64,000 nucleotides of DNA from Orbicella franksi. Taxonomy: Eukaryota. Shown here one piece after another: positions 26,623 through 38,660 of the stretch (its first letter is position 1; each line of letters opens with the position of its first letter). A program made the translations under genes and the position numbers. The notes under the pieces are model-generated. The model did no database searches, had not been told where the DNA came from, and worked only from the letters and a program-made list of their open reading frames with translations. The stretch lies in NCBI GenBank assembly GCA_964199315.1, contig OZ116701.1, positions 13,702,001 through 13,766,000 on the forward strand, read 5' to 3'.

Positions 26623-26938
26623 GAATGGTATTAATCACGTCTTTAACTGAACTTTTCTGGAAGAAATTTTTTTCGAAACTTAAGTGTTCAACATGTTGGA
26701 ATTAAATAAAAAGGCAATCAGTACATTTGAAATGCGAAACTACCAAAAATGGCAATGGTTTCTTTTAAATGTTGCGAATTTTGTAACATAATAGGTAAAG
26801 TTTCATACACTGCAGCTTTCTAAAATCGCAAGGGAACTATTTTTGTTGGTTATCATATCTATAACAAACTTCTCGATCGTGATTGGCTCTCCGTGAGCCT
26901 AATGGCCGCGATAACGCGAGTGTCAATTACAGGTATCC

Positions 26939-27098
26939 AATAGACCAATTACGATATATTAAAATTCAGCCTAACACGATAGACCTCAGCACGAGGGTCT
27001 GAGGAATAAACCCCGCAAACTCTCTATTTATTCCCCAGAGCCTCGTACTGAGCTTTATTGTTTTAGGCAGAAGTTCAATATATCGAAATTGGTCTATT
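26939..27098. mobile_element. Palindromic MITE (aatagacca...tggtctatt family)
   Basis: Terminal inverted arms aatagaccaattacgatatattaaaattc / gaagttcaatatatcgaaattggtctatt. A related copy lies at 31732-31888. Confidence 0.8.
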
Positions 27099-27155
27099 AC
27101 AACTTTTTGTAATCAGATACCCACGTGATTCGCATGTCAATTACGCGCGCCTTAA

Positions 27156-28576
27156 GGGCCCATTAACCGATCTTTTCGAGTCGTTGCTAAGGAAAATTTA
27201 GTCTCATCTAACCTCCTCATTTTTAGTTAGTTCAGAGTTATTTCATGTGTTTCAACTTTTTCATGATCAGTAACACTAGTGATGACGTCATCAGGCCACG
27301 CCCATTATCATGTGACTAATACAGAAAAAATGCAAAGGCTCCCAGGCAAATGACTTTCTCGGGATTTTTTTCATTGATTTAGTCTTTTAATTTAAATCCT
27401 CATTACGCTATGCATCGATTTTGTTTCATTTCTAAAAGGTCAGATTTTGAGAGCATTTCAAAATATTGAAAAATTCGTAATTTTCTGAAAAAAGCATGAT
27501 TTCGAAAAAGGAATGCATAGCTATGTTGCCAACGTTGGCTTTAATCGAAATTCGTCAAAAAAGGCTGGATTTAATGAAAAACCGCGTTTCCTTTAGCATT
27601 TAAAGAAACCGGAAGTGCGCCCGATATCTATTGGAAGTTACCCTGTCAGCGCGTGCGCAATTTACATTATTAGCGCACTTCGGTAAGATCAAACAAAGCC
27701 ACACGGAGTTAGTTTTTCTTTTTCTATTGCTCTTGTTTTTCTGTCTTTCTCTTATTTTGTCTTTGCTTGTACTTTTTTTACTTTGCATTTTGCGAAACAC
27801 AAAGAAAAACATCGAGCGCGCGTTGCTAAGGAGGTGAAATTTCACTTCCGGTCATTTACGTCAGCCTGAGCGCGAAAAATAAAAACAACTCAAAAACTTG
27901 CAAATTCGCATCCATTTTTATTTTTTTCTGTGTGTTTCGCAAAATGCAACGTATAAAAAGTACAGGCAAAGACAAAATAAGAGAAAGACAGAAAAACAAG
28001 AGCAATAGAAACAGAAAAACTAACTCTGTGTGGCTTTGTTTGATCTTACCGAAGTGCGCTAATAATGTAAATTGCGCACGCGCTGATAGGGTAACTTCCA
28101 ATAGATATCGGGCGCACTTCCGGTTTCTTTGAATGCTAAAGGTAACGCGGTTTTTTGTTAAATCCAGCCTTTTTCGACGAATTTCGATTAAAGCCAACGT
28201 TGGCAACATAGCTATGCATTCCTTTTTCGAATTCATGCTTTTTTCAGAAAATTACGAATTTTTCAATATTTTGAGATGCTCTCAAAATCTGACCTTTTAG
28301 AAATGAAACAAAATCGATGCATAGCGTAATGAGGATTTAAATTAAAACATTAAATCAATGAAAAAAATCCCGAGAAAGTACTTTGCCTGGGAGCCTTTGC
28401 ATTTTTTCTGTATTAGTCACATGACCATGGGCGTGACCTGATGACGTCATCACTAGCGTTACTGATCATGAAAAAGTTGAAACACATGAAATAACTCTGA
28501 ACTAACTAAAAATGATGAGGTTATATGAGACTAAATTTTCCTTAGCAACGGCTCGAAAAGATCGGTTAATGGGCCC
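27156..28576. mobile_element. 1.42-kb foldback DNA transposon (~650-bp inverted arms, ~120-bp spacer), TTAA target site; Kolobok-like termini
   Basis: TTAA|GGGCCCATTAACCGATC...GATCGGTTAATGGGCCC|TTAA. The arms are reverse complements along their length and produce mirror-image spurious ORFs. RR...YY ends with TTAA fit Kolobok better than piggyBac. Confidence 0.85.
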
Positions 28577-28580
28577 TTAA

Positions 28581-29479
28581 GAACGGTGCCTACTTTTGTT
28601 GGTGCGCACACGTTCTGCGCATCACGCAAGGCATGGTTTAAGCGCCATGCGCGCGCTGGATTGACATTGACGCAATCAACTAGCTACCAAGTACACGACA
28701 AAAATGAAAGCAAAATTTTCCTACTCTGAACAAATCAAGTTTAATGAACCTGTACTTAAACCAGGAACACCAGAATAGCAGCAAATCGCTAACCACTAAC
28801 TGTTAACGTCTTCTAGCTGAAAAGCTAGCTGTTGAGTGTCGAAAATTCTACTGAAATCCAACTGTAAACATGTACCTACAGATGGCGTAGTGCGCGCGCA
28901 AAACAAGTGTGAGATACGCAAATGTTTTACTTACTGGGGAGGTGACAGGAAAAAATGTAACGGACACCGTAAAAATTTTCAAAAAACATCAATAACTTTA
29001 AAAAAAGCGTGGTTACCCCTACATTTTATGTTATGAAATGGAAGTGGCAAGCCTATTAGACGCGTGATTAGTTTCTGGTTGTGAGTAAAAGGCATTTAGA
29101 CTGTATTTAAGCTGAACCAGAGGAAGGCTGTCAGAGACGACAAAAGCGCTGTTGCAACGATTTTGTTATTAAAAACATACCAAAAAAGGTTTTTATGTTA
29201 CTATTTACCATGAAGTTTTACGATCTTTATAAATGTGTTTCCTTTTCTGTGTGTATTGGCGAATTCTAAGGAAATCTGTGCAGAAATATCTTTTCCTTCT
29301 TTTTTTTTAGAAAAATGCTGATGTCAGCATTTTTGTTGAGATTCAAGGCTCATTATCTCGAAAAAAATGCCTGGCTGCCCCAATTTTTCTTTGTGGATTC
29401 CAGTAGCCCTTGCAAAGATCTACTTTTTCTGCATGTTCCTAACTTGGCGCAAAAACCTTTGTATTTGTAGGCACCGTCC
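28581..29479. mobile_element. Non-autonomous TTAA-targeting DNA transposon (Kolobok-like), abutting the foldback element
   Basis: TTAA|GAACGGTGCCTAC...GTAGGCACCGTCC|TTAA. It shares the TTAA at 28577-28580 with the foldback element. Confidence 0.8.
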
Positions 29480-30179
29480 TTAATAGCTTCCTGTAAATGT
29501 TCCCTACAGTTTTTAAAACTTATTTAAAGCGCTACTGACTTTTTGGCTCAAAATAAGTTCTCGAAAGACTTTTTTAATTCCGCAATTTGTGACAAATACG
29601 TTTAATTAGTAACTAGACTTCGTGTCCTACAATTCAGGGAGTAATCGTGCTCGAAATTTCAACTCGGTCTCGCGTTTCGCACTCGTCCGATTTTGAAATT
29701 TCTCGAGCGATTACTTCCTGTTTTTTTCTCCAATCACTCCAATTACCATTACTTATCATTTGCTGTGTATGGGCGCCCTGGGAGGTTCGATGGCCTATTA
29801 TTAAGGGTGTTAAACCGCGGATCAAGTGGCATGGGCTCAAGGTTTTGTCTGGATAACGATGCTGTGTTGTACCTTACACTGCCAGTACCGCTCTCCACCC
29901 AGCTGCACAGCAAACTCTTAAGGTAAACTGACGAAATGGACTGATGAGGGAAGAGCGATAACTTGAACTAAAAAATACATCGGGAATAACCATGCTCCTG
30001 GTTGATTCAAGCTACTCACACTGGTGCAAACTAACTCTTTGTTGGCCACTTCGGCTCTAGAGAGTGTATTACCAGTTACTAGCTTTATTGGTCAGCTCTT
30101 TGCCTATTCAGTAACTAAATTTGAAAATATATCAGCAGTCTGGATTAAACAATGATAATTTATTTCCATTCCTTTTCAG

Positions 30180-30698
30180 AGAACTTTTCATTATGACGAG
30201 GTCTTCTGGAGTAATAAGAAGGCATTCAACTTTCCTGGAGGGAAGACTGGGTTTGATTCACAGGAAGTCAAGTTACCAACCTACTGGAGATCATCTTTCT
30301 CCAAGATCTGTCTCGGTATGAAGATCGGCCAACGTATCAGCTTCGTTGTCATCAACAAAACGGCCAACTCTCTGCACTCGCTGATCGCTGACGGGCAATA
30401 CCGCGACACCTCACTAGGCCGTGATACGTGGAAGACACTGATTGGTTCAGAGGCCTCTTTGCAGGTCAGCTGTAACAAGGAAGGGTTCAACGTCATGAGT
30501 TCCTCTAGTCATCTAGCTAAAGCAAGGATTGGTATCCTTGGTAACAACGAAGATGGCTGTGAATCATATGATTCCAGAATCGGGTTTGGAACAGGAGGAG
30601 ATTCCGACGACAACAACACATGTGGAAATGAAGCAAGAGTCTACGCAGATAATGGAGACAAACACATCAAAGTCATGGGATATATTTTGATTCAGTAA
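30180..30698 (+). CDS. Terminal exon, USOMP5-like (uncharacterised skeletal organic matrix protein 5-like) domain
   Basis: Acceptor ccttttcag|. Encodes [11 protein letters not shown]...KLPTYW...[10 protein letters not shown]...SLIADGQY...KARIGI...[10 protein letters not shown]...TCGNEA...[17 protein letters not shown] recognise this from memory as the coral USOMP5-like family; not searched. Confidence 0.8.
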   Translation, partial: RTFHYDEVFWSNKKAFNFPGGKTGFDSQEVKLPTYWRSSFSKICLGMKIGQRISFVVINKTANSLHSLIADGQYRDTSLGRDTWKTLIGSEASLQVSCNKEGFNVMSSSSHLAKARIGILGNNEDGCESYDSRIGFGTGGDSDDNNTCGNEARVYADNGDKHIKVMGYILIQ

Positions 30699-31235
30699 CA
30701 CTCCCAAGCACAAGTGTTTCTTCTTACTTTTTGTTTAATGACAAATATATTGCCAAAAAGTGTACTTCTCTTATAAGCGATTGTAAAGCTGGAGATTGTA
30801 ACCCTGTAATGGATGGAAGACGCTGAATGTTTGACGCTGTTATTTAAATAATTCATCCATGAGTTAAAAGTTACCATGCTTCCTTCAACAGTGCATAGTT
30901 TAACTACCTACTCTACTTTAGTATAAATCTACTAGCGTTCTATCACGAATGCCGTTCTTTGATTGGCTACGCTACTCACTATCTGTTCTGTGACAGATAG
31001 TGAGTAGTGTAGCAGTGTACCCTTGTTAACAAAACGACGGCCGCTTCTTGGCGTTTTCGGAGTGTCTGTGAAGTGAACTTAGATAAGTTTTCAACGACTA
31101 GTAGATTTATAGCAAAACAATTGGATTATTCGCTCTCAATTTCTGTGCGTGATAGTTTCACGCGATGGAAATCGAGAGCGAATGATGTAATTGCTTAATA
31201 TAAACACATGATTAACCCACAATTTCCTCATTTAC

Positions 31236-31320
31236 TCGGACGAAGGGCTAACACTCAAAACGTCCGCTTCAGGACTTCGTTACGGCCCTTGATTTATCTT
31301 TGTCAACTCAAGTTGGTAAA
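31236..31320 (+). repeat. Degenerate copy of a hammerhead-containing short repeat
   Basis: ctcggacgaagggctaacactcaaaacgtccgc resembles CTGACGAAGGGCTAACGCTCGAAACGTCAG, with two core substitutions. Confidence 0.55.
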
Positions 31321-31330
31321 GATAAATGAA

Positions 31331-31357
31331 ATTATTATTATTATTATTATTATTATT
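31331..31357. repeat. (ATT)9 microsatellite
   Basis: Direct reading. Confidence 0.95.
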
Positions 31358-31731
31358 GACAAATATCTGAGTGTTTCATTTGCCCACCGCGCAGGCCAAC
31401 AGCTTCTTTAGAAACTTAGATCTTTGTCTAGTCCAGAGGTTGTTTTTCTTCGAACTTTGCCTGATCATATTTGGCAAGAAATTGATAGAAGTAATCGCAC
31501 GGGCAAGACAGGGAAAATGATAGTATGCCCTTTTGAGCTGGTATTCTTATTCCAACAAAAGGCAAGATAGAAATTTCCTCTGTCTAGATTTAAATAGGTG
31601 ACCTGAGCGCATCACTTTTGTAGCTTTACTTTTAAAGTACGAGCAGCCTTCTCTTTTTTAGTCCATCACATTTGACGCGAAAGAACGCGCGAGAAGAGGC
31701 AGCTCTCTCTCCCCTGTAAGGCCATCATTCC

Positions 31732-31888
31732 AATGAGCCACTTTCGATATATTAAAATTCAGCTTGATAGTGAGGCCTAGAGGACACAAACAAAAGAAAT
31801 GAATAAACATTGTCATTCAATTTCCTTTGTTTGTGTCCTCTAAGCCTCGCTGGCACGCTGAATTTTAATATATCGAAAGTGGTCTATT
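31732..31888. mobile_element. Palindromic MITE related to 26939-27098
   Basis: Arms ccactttcgatatattaaaattcagc / gctgaattttaatatatcgaaagtgg, plus inner arms gaggacacaaacaaa / tttgtttgtgtcctc. Confidence 0.8.
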
Positions 31889-34832
31889 TCGAGTTGTTTC
31901 GTGTCACGCTCGACAGGAGGTGCCCAAAGTCTACTATTCGTCACGCGGGGGGCTCTTGTGTCAAATTAGAGGACGAATATAAGATAATCTTACCTGTCGA
32001 GTGATGACCATTTTGAATTTTAATACCTGATCATCTGGTGTGAGGTCTGGAACCGAAACATGTTTGGCAACCACTCGAAATTTTTATAGCATGGTCTTTA
32101 TTATATTCGGTGGATGATAAATCCCCGTGCTTGTTTTCGAAATAAGGCGCGTTGAAGACCATGCGTTTTCAGAAGCTTTTGTTACTTTTTTTAAGTTTTA
32201 ATAATGTTTATTGGGAATATAACTGACAGTATATACCTAAATTAGGGGGAAAAAATGTAAATAAAAGAGAAGACGATCTAAGACGATCAGTAAAAGAGAC
32301 CAAAAGAGGTTATATCAGTGAAATTTATATCAGGTAAACGTACTCAATTTAACACAACTAAGTATATTTATTTAGGGAAACGCCATAGGGTCGACCTCTA
32401 GTTTTCCTTTTTAAGATGTGCTTTTTCTTGTATTTCATTTTCATCATCTTGAATAAAACACGTTTTCATCATGTCATCTTGTTGTCATACTAAGTAAACT
32501 TTTGCAGCTGATGTCGTTCCTTGACATAGGTCTTGAAAAAGAACACATATTAGCCTTGTCCGTCCACATTCGAAGAAAACTTCGGTCACACGAGAGCAGA
32601 AAAGGCGAAAACGTACAGATATGTTTCTGTTTTTCTCAAAATTTAGCCATGGAAAGAAAAGAGGGGGTCATTGACTATTTAAGAGAATAAATTGCAAGCG
32701 AAGATAGAGCACCTGGTGCCAAGCCCTATACTTGCTTTTTTACTTAGTGCCTTTCCAAACTACATCGCACTTTTCCTGCTCTTGGTTACAGCAGAAGTTT
32801 TTATACAAGAAAGGAATAAAAAAAATTAAACTCTCCCGCCACTCAGTGCCAACACGTTCGAGGTCAAACTTTTGCAGGTCTTCCTTTCTCGTCTCTCTTA
32901 GCAACGAGGGGTTTGTTTTAGAACACAACCACCCTGTTACTTCCTAGTTCCCTGTGTTCTTTTGTATGAACTAATGTTAAATTGAGACAGTTTGGAAACT
33001 GAGTTAAAAACTGGCAGGACATCTCCAACATGTACTGTTCCAATTCAGTTCAAATTTTAAAGAAATATAGAGTCAAATGATGCGAAAAACTTTCACGTGT
33101 TCGTTTTCGCTATGAAAAAGTAGATCAGCGAAGTGCGCAACGAATCTTGAAATTTGCCCCGCGAATATTTTGTTGCGACAAGGTTTATGTTTTAGAGAAA
33201 TCCCCTTTTAAAGATTACCTTTTTCAGAGATTCCCCCGTTAGAGTTTACCTTTTTAAAGATTCCCTATTTTAGCGATTCCCCCTCTTAGAAAATCTCCGT
33301 TCTCCGTGTTGGCGATAGCAATTGACATATTATCTAGAAAGGAAAACAGTAGTCTCCGATCCCAGCACCCGTTACTTGAAAGTTCTGTCCATCTTACAAC
33401 TTGACACCGAGGTTACAAAAAAAGGATTTCAGGCACAAATGTTGCAGAAACCTCTGGTACTTGGCAGACCAGTCTTTGTGCAAATCGATTGATAACGAAA
33501 TTATGTTGTCGAAGTAAGTGGACATCTGCATTGTTATGATCAGTGCAAAAAGAATGGTTGTACAAAATTGTCCATCGATGATGAAAACAAGGCCAATAAT
33601 TGGCTTCAAATTATGATTTAGTTAATTAAACAATGAACTATCGTAGGCAACTGAACAGTGCCAATTTTGTGCTCTAAATGGCAGGAAAACAGATCTCTGT
33701 AATTGTAGGATTTCAGGTTTTTTCCGGGAGTATGCTCCGGATCCCCAGAGGTTGACAAGACCCTTCAGGCCTGATGTATTTTCTTTCCTTATATTGAAAC
33801 CCCTGATTTGGGTCATCAAGCAGCGCTCCTCCACTCCCTTTCACATTGTTTAATGACTCAACAATCAGTTCAGTTTAAATATTGCTACTAAGGATTGGAC
33901 AATTTGAAAACCCATGAAGGTTCTACCAATACAGTCACTGTGGTAACGAAAGAGATCCCTAATTAAAAGAAAACCATGTTTGAAGTTAGTAAACAGAATA
34001 TCTCCTAAATTCTGCTGAGAAATTTCTTTTAAATTTTGATGTTATGTAGGAAGGCAAGAGGCTTCAGAAAAACTAAAAGAACATCTCACGAGAACAGCAG
34101 GCTCGCATCAGGAAAAATTGATTTTCCTTAATAACCTTTATTGCTTTCGTGTTATTTTGAGTATACTACATTTTCTCAGAGATTGTTGCCCTCTTATAAT
34201 GTAAGAAGAGAACGTGGACGAATTCCATTTCAGTGTAACTACGTTAGCGGCAGCAACCATGTGCTCGTCAGGTAATATTATTTAGGTCATGATATTATTG
34301 TTCCGTCATTACATTATGGGTTATAAATGCTCGCTAAGAGCCTCTGTAACAAATGGAGAAGAACAACGACATCTAGAAATAAAATCTGTGATGATGGCCA
34401 TCAGAAAGAGTTCAGATGGTGCACTGGATAGAGTTGATTTGTACAGAGTTCGTAGAGTGAGACAATCCCTATACGTTTACTGCAGTAGAGGACCAAGGCG
34501 CGTACGGTTTAATCACTACCTTACAATTCTTTTTCCACTATGTGTATCTAAGAGCACTTCAGGATTCATAGGTTTAATAAAACATTATGAATAAAATCTT
34601 TTTTATTTTACAATTAACCACAGCATATGATTATTCTATTATCCCACCATAATAAAAAGAAACTGGCTTCTTTCTGCAATTCCGTCCCTTAGAGTGCTTA
34701 GAATTCTATCAATTTGATTCGTTCTTTCGAAGTCCTTGTTCTGTGGATTTTTTTTTCACGTCACTTGGACTAACCAAACATAAGACAAGTTCCTTGTAGT
34801 GATCAGCTACGAAGGGTTGGAATCGTAAAAAC

Positions 34833-37664
34833 TCAACACTTTTCGTTCAAAAGTTTCAAAATGTACTTTATAAACATCTGCGCTTTAACACCATTTTCTT
34901 CCAGCATCGATGACCCCATCACATTTTGTCGTGGGTTAAAGAACGATGGAACAAACTGATTCGAAAGCCAATCATTACATTTCATGAATATGTCCTTCAC
35001 TATTTTTGGGTCAGGTTCTTCACACAGTGCGAAATCAGAAGCGCTTTCTGACCGTTGAGGATAATGACTGAATTCACGAAAGACGGTTTCCACTCCATCT
35101 TTCCTTGCTTTTTCCTCTATGGAGTGGAAGAAAGCCATTTTTAGTATATATGATGGCAACACACCTTCGACTTTTTCGTACAATTCAAAGTCTTCGTCGG
35201 AAGACAAACTGTCATGTTGACTTGCGTATTGCATCTTCGCGTCTCCGTAGTCCTCAAAGCTAACAAGGGGGCAGACAGTGGAGCTGATCAGCGACTTAGC
35301 AGCTATGTAGCTGTTTCGAATTCGATGTCGACATCTCTTCATAATAGCAGTCTCGACAAGACATAGAGAACACCTCCAAAGAAACTCATCTTGACTCGCC
35401 ATTTTTGGGACAGCGAGACAGGGAAGCTGCAAAAGATCGGAAACGAGGAGTGGAGACTGCATTCCAAATTTATCTGGCCAAGATGGAAGGCGCACGGCGG
35501 GGACAAAATCAACTTCGATCACCAGAGTTTTATATCTAGATCCTTTCCACAACAGGGAAAACTTAGGGTCGTTGGTGACCTCCTTTATTTCCAAACGTTC
35601 ATCTTGTGGGAAGCTTTCACCAAAAACGATATTGGATAGTTGCTGGGTGAATACATTAAACATCATGTAACTTGGAATCGCTTTCCAATTCGGTTCAAGG
35701 TCTTGTGTAAACTCTGAGTACTCATAGCTCGTGTGATCTTTCACAAGGATTTGAGTGTAATTTGACACTGATGATGAAGTTTCTTTATAATCTACCCCTT
35801 TCTTCAATACCTCTTTTACTTGGTCACTTGTTTCTCTATCTGGAACAAAAAGGACGCTTTCGAGAACGTCCTCAGTTTCATGTTTTGGATAAATGTTTTC
35901 ACTCAGTTCTTCAAAGCAGACGACATAGTCAAACTCATCTGGAAATTTTGTCTTGGTTTCTTCTGATGAACTTCCCGCGTGGTAAAGAGTACAGCGCATT
36001 TTCGGATGACTGTCTGTTATACAGTTTACAACATTAAACGCGAATCTGTCTACAACATCCCGGATTTCTCCTGCTTCGGGATCCTTGATAACTGTCCCTA
36101 TGCCCGGGGTGGAAATTAAGCAGCTTAAAAATTCGTTCAAAGTCCCCGACATTCGTAATGATTCCTCACTAGAATCGACGATGTCCTGAAAGGTTTTAAG
36201 CTGTAACAACTCACCACCATGTTTTGCCAACGATTTCTTTCGCTGTTCTAATTCAAGTTTATAGTTTTCATCTTTTTCATGCATTATCTGCAGAAAATCG
36301 AGACTGGACCAAAATTTCGCCACCTCTTCTGCTGTTTGTCCACATGCATCGCGGAGTGCAACATCACATCCTGCTCTGATTAAAAGATGTGCAACAGGAG
36401 CCTTGTTTGTGAATGCCGCAAAATGGAGTGGTGTGGACTGATACTTGTCTTGTGCGTTGATATTTGCCCCTAGTGTGATTAGACAATTGCAGATGACGTC
36501 CCACCCCTTCTCTGCTGCAATATGTAGTGGTTGTCTGCCTGCAGAGTCTTTCACGTTCACGTCTGCTCCGCACTCAACCAAAGCCTTAACAAGTTTCTTT
36601 CTATTCTTCTCGATAGCATGATGCAAGACTGTCTGTCCCCATATATCGGCACAATTGATATTGAGTCCCGTGTCCAATAAGAAGTTTAAAATATCAATGT
36701 CGTCATCTAACTCTCGTTCTACAACACAATGTAGCAAGCTGCGCTTTTGACCGTCTTGGGCAGTGGGTCTACATCCTTTCTGTACAAGATATTCCAAAAC
36801 TTGCAATGGTGCACCAGCAAGTATTGCCAAATGCAAGATGGTTTGACCAAGGACATTCTTGGAATTAGCTTCATTGTCATTAGTAACTAGAAGGTCGAAG
36901 ATTTCTAAGAGCAACTTGATATCATCTTCTGAATATGGTCTGCACTTGTCGATGAGACGATGAATTGGATTCATTCCCTGCAGATCTAAATCTGTCGCAG
37001 ACGCTCCAGCTGTTATTAAGATGTTCACCGTGTTTGTTTTCTCAAGGTGATAATTCATGACAGCCAGATGTAATGGCGACCTACCCTGGGAATCTTTTGA
37101 ATTTACATTCGCTCCCATTTCAATCAGTTTTTGAGTTAGCTTTTCGTCATAGGGCTTTGCCATAAATGACGAACAGAGTGTGTGAAGTGGGGTCTCTCCC
37201 TCGGCATTGGTACATTGAACATCGGCACCGACTGACAAGAAAAATGCTACAAGCTCTTGTCTTCCCTTCCTTATGGCTGTTTGCAATGGGGAGTTTCCAC
37301 GTTCATCATGGGCATTGAGGGTTGCCTTAGCTTTTAACAGTAATTGGGCAGACTTTATATCCCGAACCATATGCAAAGGGCTACCTTTTCCATTGACGTT
37401 CGCACCATTTTGTAACAAGATTTCCACACATTTTGCGTGCCCTCGTTCTACAGCATGGTGGAGAGCTGTGAGGCCGTTATCGTCCTCTTCATTGATTTCA
37501 ATTCCGCTGTTGATCAGGTCAATAAGCTCAGTCTCATTCCCCTCTCTGGCTAAGCGATGGAAGATGGGAGAAACTGAGAAGAAATCAGCCTCCACTACTT
37601 GCTCCATGAATTGACCCAGCTGTGCAAATGGCCTGTAGGTGTCGGTTGCTCTGCGGTCACCCAT
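34833..37664 (-). CDS. Ankyrin-repeat (~12-13) + Mab-21/cGAS-like nucleotidyltransferase (cGLR), 943 aa, single exon as seen
   Basis: N-terminal TPLH/SPLH/TALH ankyrin repeats. NTase motif AGSSSEETKTKFPDEFDY, third acidic residue in EVDFVPA, Mab-21 features WRCSLCLVE and SYILKMAFF. A possible acceptor (ttctag|GTT ATG) lies just upstream, so a 5' exon may exist. Confidence 0.9.
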   Translation of the reverse strand: MGDRRATDTYRPFAQLGQFMEQVVEADFFSVSPIFHRLAREGNETELIDLINSGIEINEEDDNGLTALHHAVERGHAKCVEILLQNGANVNGKGSPLHMVRDIKSAQLLLKAKATLNAHDERGNSPLQTAIRKGRQELVAFFLSVGADVQCTNAEGETPLHTLCSSFMAKPYDEKLTQKLIEMGANVNSKDSQGRSPLHLAVMNYHLEKTNTVNILITAGASATDLDLQGMNPIHRLIDKCRPYSEDDIKLLLEIFDLLVTNDNEANSKNVLGQTILHLAILAGAPLQVLEYLVQKGCRPTAQDGQKRSLLHCVVERELDDDIDILNFLLDTGLNINCADIWGQTVLHHAIEKNRKKLVKALVECGADVNVKDSAGRQPLHIAAEKGWDVICNCLITLGANINAQDKYQSTPLHFAAFTNKAPVAHLLIRAGCDVALRDACGQTAEEVAKFWSSLDFLQIMHEKDENYKLELEQRKKSLAKHGGELLQLKTFQDIVDSSEESLRMSGTLNEFLSCLISTPGIGTVIKDPEAGEIRDVVDRFAFNVVNCITDSHPKMRCTLYHAGSSSEETKTKFPDEFDYVVCFEELSENIYPKHETEDVLESVLFVPDRETSDQVKEVLKKGVDYKETSSSVSNYTQILVKDHTSYEYSEFTQDLEPNWKAIPSYMMFNVFTQQLSNIVFGESFPQDERLEIKEVTNDPKFSLLWKGSRYKTLVIEVDFVPAVRLPSWPDKFGMQSPLLVSDLLQLPCLAVPKMASQDEFLWRCSLCLVETAIMKRCRHRIRNSYIAAKSLISSTVCPLVSFEDYGDAKMQYASQHDSLSSDEDFELYEKVEGVLPSYILKMAFFHSIEEKARKDGVETVFREFSHYPQRSESASDFALCEEPDPKIVKDIFMKCNDWLSNQFVPSFFNPRQNVMGSSMLEENGVKAQMFIKYILKLLNEKC

Positions 37665-38660
37665 AACCTAGAATAAAGTGTTACCATTAATAATACAATG
37701 GCAAGCAAACGAAATCTAACAAAGGAAAAACTTCTGTTAAGGCTAAAACTAGTTAAGCTAATTTGCATTCCTAAAATTTCTTTCATTTTAAACCCATTCT
37801 TGGTGGTCACGTTGTTCACAATGGATGTGATACACTGTTTTATGTTTTGTCCTTAACATGTACTAATTGGGATCTGAGAGAATTGAAGGGCACATGAACA
37901 AGTGTGACCTCGTGTGATTTTAATAAATGCTCCCCGAAGTGCTCTTTACGTATAGAAGTAAAGCATCTATTCTCTTTTTGTTACGAGACCTCTTTAAGAC
38001 CTTTATTTTAAAACACCTCTTGTTGGTTTTAACGGTCGATCATAATCTCTGGTCCGCACTACATCATCAACAGTGAAGATGGCAAAAAAAATAAGGAGCA
38101 GAAACTCCTAGAAAGAGCATCACAAGGTCACACTCTTTTTAGATACTATGACTTTAATTTAGCTAGTATCTATGACACATTTTAGTTATTTTACACCTTC
38201 CCCCAAGATCCTAATGGACATGATATAACCCTTTAAATTTCACATTTTTGCTGCGGCTGATGACGTTCAGTTGGGCTGAATGAAATATTCCGATTTTCAC
38301 CTTTTTTTGCGCTCTGAGTGCAGTCAGTACAGGAAATTACTTTGTACTTTTGTTGTAAAGCATAGCGTGACAGATCAATTTCAGAATAGCTTTGATCAAA
38401 TAATTACAACCGGAAATATGATCTTTGTACAGATCTTTCCTTTGCTGTTAAAGTATCCTACATGTACTACGTGTCGCGTAAATATAAAATAGAGTTTGAC
38501 TCTAATCTACCCTCGGCCGTGATTCTACTACAGTTGTGGCAGGGGAGGGATAATATAAACTTCACGTCTTCGCAGTGTTCGAGGTTTAGAAGGTAGCCAC
38601 AAGGATCAGGGAGTTCGGCAAACCTTGAAGATAAGCGAAGACCGAAGACCGAAACCTCCT

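Noticed and set aside
27600-28236. Hydrophobic/basic ORFs (66-126 aa) on both strands
   Set aside because: They are mirror-image products of the foldback palindrome and have no protein motifs.
29928-29965. Third hammerhead (ctgatgag motif)
   Set aside because: No downstream GAAA and no supporting stems.
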